64,000 nucleotides of DNA. It comes from an uncultured Kofleriaceae bacterium. Lineage in GTDB: Bacteria; Myxococcota_A; Polyangia; HGW-17. A program made the translations under genes and the position numbers. The notes under the pieces were generated by a model. The model made no database searches, had not been told where the DNA came from, and saw only the letters and a program-made list of their open reading frames with translations. Of the stretch, positions 19,121-27,028 are shown piece after piece (the first letter of the stretch is position 1; every line of letters begins with the position of its first letter). Location: NCBI GenBank assembly GCA_964516435.1, contig CAZEZP010000078.1, forward strand, positions 118,707 through 182,706, written 5' to 3'.

Positions 19121-20155
19121 TTACCCGATTTTGCCGTTTTCCACCTGCCACGCGTGAGAAAAATCCGGATTCTTCCGTCTTCCGGTGATGATCGAATCCA
19201 CACCGAAGTCCTGGATGACACGAACGATGTTGGAAACACGGATTTCATCCATTTCGCTTTCCAGATCATCGAGCAGAACCAGGCAATTTTCGTTCTTCTC
19301 CCGCAACAGGGAAAGGAAGGAAAAATGAAAGGCCAGCAATAGCGCCTTTTTTTCCCCGTTGCTGAAAAAATGGCGGATATCGCGGGAATCCTTCCTGAAA
19401 AGAATCTCATCCTTGTTGCAACCGAACAGGGATTTCTTCTGCATCATCTCCTGCTCGATGGCGTTTTCGGGAATGGAGCGCACCTGATACCGTATTTCCG
19501 TTCCCAGCAACTTCGCGTTCTTTTCGGAAAGGAAGAAATGAAATCTATCCTTCAATGTTTCTTCCAGGAATTTTTTCCGAATGGAGGAAATGGACTGGCT
19601 CGTTTCCGCGAATTCTGCATGATCGATTTGCAGCAATTCCCGCATCTTCCGCGTGCTGGAAAGAAGAATTTGAATGCGCCGGTTGCGCAGATGCTGGTAT
19701 CGATTCAACAAATGGATGTAATGCTCATCCATGTAGGAAATGTATCGGTCGATGATGGAACGGCGGTATTCCAGACTCTGCAGAAAATTTGCCGTATCTT
19801 CAGGTGAAAAATACAGGATGCGCCTGCCGCGGATGAAATCCAGAGCCCCTACGGTCTTTTCATCCCGGAAAAAACTCTTTTTATTTTCTCTTCTCGAGTA
19901 TACGATTTCGCATGAATTTCCGCTGATTTCGGCCTGGATGCGAAAAAAATCCTCCCTGTCTTTCACGCAATCCTGAAAACTCTTCCGGTTGCGGAAACTC
20001 TTGCTCGTGTAGATGGAGAAAACGGCTTCCAGAAAGTTGGTCTTTCCGCTGCCATTGTCTCCATACAGGTAAACGCTTTGAACTTCTTCAGGAAAAGAAA
20101 GATGAAGATGCGCGTAATTGCGGAAATGCGTCAGCGTGATGGATTGCAATTCCAT
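19121..20155 (-). CDS. recF: DNA replication and repair protein RecF
   Basis: N-terminal LTHFRNY...YGDNGSGKTNFLEA Walker A and the SMC-like signature FSNGEKKALLLAF...LLDD near the C-terminus. Confidence 0.92.
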   Translation of the reverse strand: MELQSITLTHFRNYAHLHLSFPEEVQSVYLYGDNGSGKTNFLEAVFSIYTSKSFRNRKSFQDCVKDREDFFRIQAEISGNSCEIVYSRRENKKSFFRDEKTVGALDFIRGRRILYFSPEDTANFLQSLEYRRSIIDRYISYMDEHYIHLLNRYQHLRNRRIQILLSSTRKMRELLQIDHAEFAETSQSISSIRKKFLEETLKDRFHFFLSEKNAKLLGTEIRYQVRSIPENAIEQEMMQKKSLFGCNKDEILFRKDSRDIRHFFSNGEKKALLLAFHFSFLSLLREKNENCLVLLDDLESEMDEIRVSNIVRVIQDFGVDSIITGRRKNPDFSHAWQVENGKIG

Positions 20156-20184
20156 GGAAAGGGAAGAAAAGAAAAAAAGAGAAA

Positions 20185-21297
20185 TCAGTCGATGCGGATG
20201 GGCATGAGAACAGCCAGGAAATTCGACGTATCCACGGGCTTGAAAAGCACGGGACTCTTGGAACTGTGCAGGAACATGGAAAATTCCTTGCCCCTGATTT
20301 TATTGATGATCAGTTCGAAAAATTTGATATTGAAAGCCAATTGCATGGGTTCTCCCACGTAATCGACTTCGATTTCCTCACGGCCCTTCCCTTTGATGGT
20401 ATCGATGCCGCTCATGTGAACGCGGTCCTTCTCTACCTGCAGAATGACGCCGGATTCGGATGAATCGAAGAGCAGACTGATGCGCTTGAGTGCCTGCAGG
20501 AATTCATCCTTGGGCACCACCAGGCGGTTCTCCTTGTATTGCGGAATCACCTGCTCGTAAGGTGGAAACTTGGAATCCACCAGTTTGATATTCATTTTTG
20601 TCGTATCTGTTTTGATTCCAAGAATTTTATTATCACGGTCATAATATAAACCAATATTTATATTATCATCAGACAAGAGTTTGATGATGTCGTTCACTCC
20701 CTTGCGGGGAATGATGATTCCCGAGGATACCTGAAATTTTCCTTCATAAGGATATTCCGCCAAGGCCAGTTTGTGCCCGTCCGTGGCTACCGTTCTGGCG
20801 ATGTTCTTGTCCGTGATGAAATACACGCCGCACAGATGCGGCTTGCTTTCGTCGGTTCCGGAAGAAAACAACGTCAAATCCAGCAGTTCGCGAAGGATGA
20901 ACGCTTCGAAGGAGGTATACAGACTATCTTCGTAAAATGAAAACGTCGGATAATCTTCATCTCTCAAAGATGTAATTTCAAATTGACTTTTTTGACTAAA
21001 TATATTTACTATTGTATCATTTTTTTGAATTTCTATTTCATTTCCAGACAAATTGCTGGCCAGTTGATACAAGAGTTTGCCGTTGACCGTCATCGTGCCG
21101 GGCTGAAACACTTCGCCATTGAATTCCGAAACGACGGAAGTGCTCATATCCGTGGCCTTGCATACGATTTTGCCATCGCTTTGCGCCTGGATCTGGATGT
21201 TGGACAGAATGGGCTGGATGCTCGCGTTTCCTTCGGATATCTTTTGGGGCATGAAAATTCCGTTGAGAAACGTGGACTTGTTCACTGATATTTTCAT
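20185..21297 (-). CDS. dnaN: DNA polymerase III beta sliding clamp
   Basis: 370 aa with the three-domain clamp pattern (MKISVNKSTFLNG...; ...PVLFKPVD...AVLMPIRID). Located immediately upstream of recF as in the canonical order. Confidence 0.92.
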   Translation of the reverse strand: MKISVNKSTFLNGIFMPQKISEGNASIQPILSNIQIQAQSDGKIVCKATDMSTSVVSEFNGEVFQPGTMTVNGKLLYQLASNLSGNEIEIQKNDTIVNIFSQKSQFEITSLRDEDYPTFSFYEDSLYTSFEAFILRELLDLTLFSSGTDESKPHLCGVYFITDKNIARTVATDGHKLALAEYPYEGKFQVSSGIIIPRKGVNDIIKLLSDDNINIGLYYDRDNKILGIKTDTTKMNIKLVDSKFPPYEQVIPQYKENRLVVPKDEFLQALKRISLLFDSSESGVILQVEKDRVHMSGIDTIKGKGREEIEVDYVGEPMQLAFNIKFFELIINKIRGKEFSMFLHSSKSPVLFKPVDTSNFLAVLMPIRID

Positions 21298-21614
21298 GGT
21301 CTACCTCGCCTGCGGCACATTATCCGTTCATTCGGGAGAAATCAACAGGATCCATGAAGATCCATACATGGAGAAGTCTTCTCTGTCGAAAAATGGTGAA
21401 AAGACCAGGATGAAAAGGGAATTTTCATCGACAGGCGGAATAGTCGAAAAAAACGATATCGACATTTTTGCATGGAAACCTGTTCATATCTGGCATGAGT
21501 TGTCATTTTCCTGTTCTTCGGGAGGAAAAATGGGAATAGGGCTACCATCCCCGTTTCTTTCGGAACGATCATGATTTATAACGGCAAGGGAGTCACAACC
21601 CGAAGAGGTCATCC

Positions 21615-24600
21615 ATGATTCGCAAATGTCTGCATTGTGGTTCATCCATTTTCGAAAATGCGACACAGTGTGCCTACTGCTTCAAGGAGTTGGATGAAAA
21701 TTCCATTCGTTTTTCGATAGATGGAATTTCTCATGTCTATGTGAAGAGAGAAAACGAGAAAGTATTCGGTCCTTTTCCCGTCGAAAAGGTCTTGTCGCTG
21801 GTGCGTACCCAGAAACTCAAGGAAACGGAATGGATTTCCGATGACCGCAACGTGTGGGTAGAAGTTTCCAAGATCATCGAATTTCTGCCATCGAAGGATT
21901 CGTCTGTTCTTCCTCATTCTTCTCCGCCGGGCGCCGGTCTGCCAGGGTTGAAGCCGGATTTGCCGGGATTGAAGACCGATTTGCCAGCGATCAAGCCGGA
22001 TTTGCCGGGCATTCGTCCTGACCTGCCGGGATTGAAGACCGATTTGCCAGCGATCAAGCCGGATTTGCCGGGTGTTCGTCCGGATCTGCCGGGTGTTCGT
22101 TCGGACCTGCCGGGTGTTCGTCCGGATCTGCCAGGTGTTCGTCCGGATCTGCCGGGTGTTCGCCCGGATCTGCCGGGTGTTCGCCCGGATCTGCCGGATA
22201 TTCGCCCGGATCTGCCGGAAGAAAAGCAGAAGGAGGAAGAGGAAAGTTCCAGGGAATCGAGAGATTTCTCACTGCCTCCCATCGGTGGTGGCGCTCTTCC
22301 CGAACTCAGAATCGACATGAAATCCAGTCCGCTGGAATTGAAACTCGACGAGTTCATCGGGAAGGCGGAAAATACGCTGAATCCGCAAAATCAGCCGGCC
22401 GGGAATGATATCCGGTCTTCATTGTTCTCTACATCGGAGGGCATCGATTTTTCGGGATTATCTGCTGGAAGCTCACGGGAAAAGGCGGACATGCAGCCAC
22501 TTTCCCTGCAGCCGATGACCGAGGAAAAGACGCTGCCGCTCATGGACGACTCGGATGAAGTGATTCCCGCGACGGCCGAAAAGGCGAAAAAGGAGAGAAC
22601 GAAATCAGAATCCGACCGTGAAAGAAGAGCCTCCCTGCTCCTTCCGCTTCTGCTCCTTCTGGTCGCAGGTGCCGCCGCTGCCGGATTTTTCCTCTTCCAG
22701 AAAAAGGATGCCCGAAAGGAGACGGCTGGACCTTCCATTTCACAGAAAACCGTGACCAAACAGGAAATATCCGACCACGAAAGAAAGATATTGAATCTGG
22801 ATTATCCCGGACTTCTCTCATCCGCATCGGGAAAGGAATTGATCCACTGCGAATCGGCGCTCGCTCTCGTCTGGCTGTTCCATGATTTTTCCAGGGTCGA
22901 AGCCTGTTCGCCTTTCGCTGCCCAGAATCTGGAATCCGGCGGCGCCCCCGCCCTGCGCCGCTACCAGTTCCTGCGCGCCATGGTGCTGGCCAGCCATTCC
23001 AAGGCCTCCTGGATCGACAAGGTCTTTTCATCGAAGAATCCGGTGGATGCCGGGCGCATTGCGGAAGAGATCCTGTCCAGGGCGAAAAGCGAAAATCAAA
23101 ATTCTCCGTTCTGGCGGTTCGTCTGTGGTGTCCGGCAACTGGAACTCGGCAAGAAGGAAAAAGCCCTGGAAGAATTCTCGTTCATTCGCAACACGGAAAC
23201 CACGGTGCCGCCTTCCGTGCTGTTCTTTGCCGCCAAAGCCGGCGACGAGAGCGCGGCGAAGAGCCTCCAGGAAAACCGGGAAGCCGCCTTCTGGAAGGAT
23301 TTGTTCGAAGGCGAGCGCTTCATGAGCGCGCATGAGAAGGATTTCTCGTTCCTGTTCCTGCCGGAGGGCTTTCCTGCGATCGGCAAAGCCGAAAACGGGG
23401 TCGATCACGGTCCGCGCTTCACTTCCCTGCATAGGATGCATGCAGGCATCTCTGCCTGGCAGAAAGGTCTTCTGGACGAGGCCATGACGCTGTGCGAGGA
23501 GGCCTTGAAACTCGATCCGGAATCGGCAAAGCCGTGCAGGAGCCTCCAGGTGTTTCACGGGCAGTTCGGGTGGATCGCCACGCAGGTTCCAGCGCAGCCG
23601 GATGTCGCGCATATCGTTTCGCTTTTGGCCGAAGGCCGCATCCAGACGGCGCTCTCCAACTGGGACGAGTGGAAGAAGGCCAATCCGGAAAAGACATGGG
23701 TGGCCCCGCTGGTGCTGCTGCTTTCCCGCTCCGACCGGGAGGAATGGAAAAAGGCGCTGGATGCCGCGTTGAGCGCAAATATCGAAAAAACACTGGATCT
23801 GCTCTGGGTGGGAATCTGGATTTCGGAGCAGAAAAACTGGATGCGGGAAGACCTGGCTTCCTGGAAGGAAGAAAAGAAACCGCAGGGCGTGTCGATCGAT
23901 GCGTTCCTGGATCTGCTGGATGCCGTTTTGGCTTTCAATCAGGGGGATGCGGAGAATCTCAAAAAGCGTTCGGAATCCGTAAAGGGATCGCCAGCCGTGG
24001 CCCGGATCCTCGAAGGCTTGCAGATGCAGATGGCGATCCAGGCCGACAGGAAGAACGAAAAAGCGGCACGCTGGGCCGAGGAAGCCGCATCATCACTGGT
24101 CGCCGATGCCCGGATAGCCGCTGCGGTCATCCGCATATACACGCTGCTTGGAAAATTGCAGGATGCCCACGTCATTTTGGACAAGGTTCAGGAAAAACTC
24201 ATGGATCCCCAACTGTACCGCGCCGCTGCGCAACTGTACCTGGAGGGCACCCGCATGGACCGCCTCATGCGCGCGCGCTTCTTCGTGGAAAAGGCGCTCA
24301 AGATCAACCCGCAGGATTTCGAGTCGCTGATGGTGACGGGCTTCGTGCAACTGGAGAGCGGACAATTCGACGCCGGCGAGAAATCCCTGGTGCAGGCGGT
24401 TTCCTTCATGGCGCAGCCGGATCCCCGCTGGTTCATGCGCTGGAGCGAACTGGAAAGCCGCCTCAAGCGCTCGCAGATGGCGCTGGCCGCCATGGACATG
24501 GGGTTGCGCAAGATTCCCGACTACACGCCGTTCCTCTTCCGCAAGGCGCAGATTCTCGCGACCCAGGACAAGCCGAAGGAAGCCTTGGAGTTGCTGGAAA

Positions 24601-25052
24601 AGACGAAGAACGCCCAGGGCATCGAAGAGGTGCAGAAGCACATCCTCACGGGACGCTGCCATCTATCCCTGCGCCAGAAGAAGGAAGCCGAGGATGCCTT
24701 CGCAAAGGCCGTCGGGGCGGATGGAGACAACATCCTCGCCCGTTACATGCTCGGAAAGACGGCGCTTTCCAACGGAAACATCCGGATGGCCCTGCCCCAC
24801 CTGGAGGAGGCCGTGAAGAGACTGGAAAAACTCCAGTCGGAACAGCGGATTCCGGAAGAAGCCGCCCACTGGCAGGCGGAAACGGTCGAAAGCATGCTGA
24901 CCGAGAGCTACAGGCTGCTGGGGGGCGCCTACAAGGAAACGGGAAACCGGGCGCAGGCCATCAAGTATTTCAAGAAATACGCAACTCTCGTCCCCGACGG
25001 TCCCATGAAGGACGAGGCCATGCGGATGCTCCTGCTGCTGGGAGGGGAATGA
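21615..25052 (+). CDS. membrane-anchored zinc-ribbon/TPR-repeat protein with a PDLPGVR heptad repeat region
   Basis: N-terminal CxxC...CxxC ribbon, a DUF4339-like segment, 13-14 tandem DLPG[VLI][KR]P heptads, a TM helix LLLPLLLLLVAGAAAAGFFLF, and a long C-terminal TPR-like region. Confidence 0.7.
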   Translation: MIRKCLHCGSSIFENATQCAYCFKELDENSIRFSIDGISHVYVKRENEKVFGPFPVEKVLSLVRTQKLKETEWISDDRNVWVEVSKIIEFLPSKDSSVLPHSSPPGAGLPGLKPDLPGLKTDLPAIKPDLPGIRPDLPGLKTDLPAIKPDLPGVRPDLPGVRSDLPGVRPDLPGVRPDLPGVRPDLPGVRPDLPDIRPDLPEEKQKEEEESSRESRDFSLPPIGGGALPELRIDMKSSPLELKLDEFIGKAENTLNPQNQPAGNDIRSSLFSTSEGIDFSGLSAGSSREKADMQPLSLQPMTEEKTLPLMDDSDEVIPATAEKAKKERTKSESDRERRASLLLPLLLLLVAGAAAAGFFLFQKKDARKETAGPSISQKTVTKQEISDHERKILNLDYPGLLSSASGKELIHCESALALVWLFHDFSRVEACSPFAAQNLESGGAPALRRYQFLRAMVLASHSKASWIDKVFSSKNPVDAGRIAEEILSRAKSENQNSPFWRFVCGVRQLELGKKEKALEEFSFIRNTETTVPPSVLFFAAKAGDESAAKSLQENREAAFWKDLFEGERFMSAHEKDFSFLFLPEGFPAIGKAENGVDHGPRFTSLHRMHAGISAWQKGLLDEAMTLCEEALKLDPESAKPCRSLQVFHGQFGWIATQVPAQPDVAHIVSLLAEGRIQTALSNWDEWKKANPEKTWVAPLVLLLSRSDREEWKKALDAALSANIEKTLDLLWVGIWISEQKNWMREDLASWKEEKKPQGVSIDAFLDLLDAVLAFNQGDAENLKKRSESVKGSPAVARILEGLQMQMAIQADRKNEKAARWAEEAASSLVADARIAAAVIRIYTLLGKLQDAHVILDKVQEKLMDPQLYRAAAQLYLEGTRMDRLMRARFFVEKALKINPQDFESLMVTGFVQLESGQFDAGEKSLVQAVSFMAQPDPRWFMRWSELESRLKRSQMALAAMDMGLRKIPDYTPFLFRKAQILATQDKPKEALELLEKTKNAQGIEEVQKHILTGRCHLSLRQKKEAEDAFAKAVGADGDNILARYMLGKTALSNGNIRMALPHLEEAVKRLEKLQSEQRIPEEAAHWQAETVESMLTESYRLLGGAYKETGNRAQAIKYFKKYATLVPDGPMKDEAMRMLLLLGGE
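21938..22220 (+). repeat. in-frame 21-bp tandem repeat array (about 13.5 copies) inside the TPR protein gene
   Basis: Repeating ccggatctgccgggtgttcgt units coding for PDLPGVR. Confidence 0.7.
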
Positions 25053-25855
25053 GCGTGAAATCCGTGCATGGCAGGGAACTGACCTGGTTTCCGAGCAAGG
25101 CCTTCGGGCAGAACTATCTCATCAATGAGGGTGTGATCCGGAAAATCGTCGATATCGTGTCGGATCATCCAGGGCACGTGGTGGAAATCGGGCCCGGCCC
25201 AGGCGCCCTGACGCAGGAATTGCTCGCCCGCGGCTTTTCGGTGACGGGCATCGAGTTGCATCGCGAGACGGCGGCCGCGCTGCGTGAGAAGTTCGCGGGG
25301 GAGGCACGCTTCGCTCTCGTCGAGGCCGATGCCGCGGAAACCGATTTTTACACTCTGCTTCGATCCCCGAACGATGTGGTGCTAGGCAACCTGCCCTATT
25401 GCGTGGCCTCCCGCATCCTCTTTCAACTGTTCCGGACGGGACGTTCCGCCGCCCGCTGGGTGCTCATGTTCCAGCGCGAGGTCGCCATGCGGATCACGGC
25501 ATCGCCGAAGAGCCGGGATTACGGCCAACTCTCCATCGTTTCCCAACTGGCTTCCTCCCCATCGATGGTATTCCATGTGAGTCCCGGGTCGTTCTTTCCC
25601 GCCCCCGAGGTGGTCTCCACGGTGGTCGCCTTTCGCCCCTTTGCGGAAGCAGATTTGCCCTGGGATGATTTCTCCGCCTGGCTGACGCGGGTCTTTTCCT
25701 TGCGCCGCAAGCAGATGGGCCGCATTCTCGCCACGCTGGCGCCAGGGATCGATGCCGCACGATTGGCCGCCGCCTGCGGCTTCGACCTGAAGCAGCGGCC
25801 AGAGGAACTGCCGGCGCCGGTGCATTGGCGCCTGTTTTGCGAAGTTTTCCCGTGA
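25049..25855 (+). CDS. rsmA: 16S rRNA (adenine1518-N6/adenine1519-N6)-dimethyltransferase
   Basis: KsgA motifs GQNYLINEGVIRKIV, VVEIGPGPGALT, NLPYCVASRIL. The ATG overlaps the stop of the upstream gene (ATGA). Confidence 0.9.
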   Translation: MSVKSVHGRELTWFPSKAFGQNYLINEGVIRKIVDIVSDHPGHVVEIGPGPGALTQELLARGFSVTGIELHRETAAALREKFAGEARFALVEADAAETDFYTLLRSPNDVVLGNLPYCVASRILFQLFRTGRSAARWVLMFQREVAMRITASPKSRDYGQLSIVSQLASSPSMVFHVSPGSFFPAPEVVSTVVAFRPFAEADLPWDDFSAWLTRVFSLRRKQMGRILATLAPGIDAARLAAACGFDLKQRPEELPAPVHWRLFCEVFP

Positions 25856-25907
25856 CAATTTGTCACACGGAACAGCCGCCTTGCATCTTCTCGTGACAAT
25901 TTGTCAT
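25852..25907. promoter_or_regulatory. two copies of the palindromic operator-like motif GTGACAAtTTGTCAC, 41 bp centre to centre, upstream of gspC
   Basis: The first copy is perfect (7-1-7) and overlaps the rsmA stop. The second (GTGACAATTTGTCAt) has one mismatch. TTGCAT lies between them. Confidence 0.4.
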
Positions 25908-26083
25908 GTTTTCGTTTTTTCAATCCCGGCAGGCGCATGGAAAATTCTCGGAAAAACCATGTTTTTTCTTGAAAATTCAATCGAAATCATCATGATGCGG
26001 AATGCTTTTCATCCGGCGCGGTTCTTGCATGCAGAAGGCGCCGGTCCGCATGAGGCAGGAATTTCATCCGCGGGCCCCAATCC

Positions 26084-27019
26084 GTGAAAGATGGCGAAGT
26101 GATGGAAGAACTGAATCGTTTTGCTCCCCATCTCATCCAGGCGCTTTTAGTGCTGGTTCAGGGCGTCGGCGCCGGTGCGCTGGCGGCCAGCGCCGTTTCG
26201 TATTTTTTATACAAAAACCCCACCCATTCCGGAACCGTTCGCCGCCCGGAAACAAAGGCGGCTTCGGCACCGGTCAAACCCCAGTACCAAGCCGATTACA
26301 AGGCGCTTCTCCAGCGCAACATGTTCTGCGCGTCCTGCGATCCCATCCTGGTGGAGGAAACCCCGGCGCCCGGAGACGCGACGGCGGCGGCGGGATCCAG
26401 AGCCGCCACGCTGGAGGGAGCCGCGCTGGTGACCACGATGGTGGCTTCCGATCCGAAGGATTCGCTGGCGACCGTGGTGCTCACGGATCAGTCGGACGCC
26501 AAGTTCGTGCTGCTCTCCGAAGGGGATTCCTTTGGCGACGCCCAGGTGGTTTCCATCGAGCCCAAGCGCGTGGTGTTCATGCAGAACGGGCAGGAGAAGG
26601 TGCTCGAACTGATGGGCGAGCCCAAGAATACGCCGATCGTGGCCACGACGACCCCGCCGCCCGGCATGGGGAACACCGGCCCGGGCGACGACCAGATCCG
26701 CCAGGTGGGACCCAACAAGTACGAGGTGGACCGCTCGGTGATCACGGACTTCATGAAGAACATGGCCACGGCGTCCAGCGGCGCCCGCGTCATGCCGGAT
26801 CCCAACGGCGGCTTCCGCGTCACGTTCGTCCGCTCCTTCTCGATTTTCTACAAACTCGGAATCCGTTCCGGAGACGTCATTTCTTCCGTGAACAACATCC
26901 AACTGGATTCCATCGACCAGACGTTCGCCCTGTACACGAAACTCAAGGACGCCAATCACCTCACGGTGACACTCAACCGCGGCGGCCAGACCATCAACAT
27001 GGATTACTCCATCCGGTAA
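26084..27019 (+). CDS. gspC: type II secretion system protein C
   Basis: N-terminal TM helix and a C-terminal PDZ-like domain (GDVISSVNNIQLDSIDQ...LTVTLNRGGQ), immediately upstream of the secretin gene. Start is GTG 26084 or ATG 26102. Confidence 0.65.
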   Translation: MKDGEVMEELNRFAPHLIQALLVLVQGVGAGALAASAVSYFLYKNPTHSGTVRRPETKAASAPVKPQYQADYKALLQRNMFCASCDPILVEETPAPGDATAAAGSRAATLEGAALVTTMVASDPKDSLATVVLTDQSDAKFVLLSEGDSFGDAQVVSIEPKRVVFMQNGQEKVLELMGEPKNTPIVATTTPPPGMGNTGPGDDQIRQVGPNKYEVDRSVITDFMKNMATASSGARVMPDPNGGFRVTFVRSFSIFYKLGIRSGDVISSVNNIQLDSIDQTFALYTKLKDANHLTVTLNRGGQTINMDYSIR

Positions 27020-27028
27020 GCGTGCCCC

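Noticed and set aside
21298-21614. oriC upstream of dnaN.
   Set aside because: Only a single weak DnaA-box-like 9-mer, and no AT-rich DUE with box clusters. dnaA is absent.
21938-22220. CRISPR-like regular repeats.
   Set aside because: A 21-bp unit with no spacers, entirely in frame inside a CDS (PDLPGVR heptads). The 33-bp array at 2835-3041 is also a coding repeat.
25867-25885. Possible sigma-54 promoter GGAACAGCCGCCTTGCA upstream of gspC, and GGCCCCGGATTGCA at 16826-16843.
   Set aside because: The GG-to-GC spacing is 12 and 9 nt respectively, not the required 10. No TGGCAC element.
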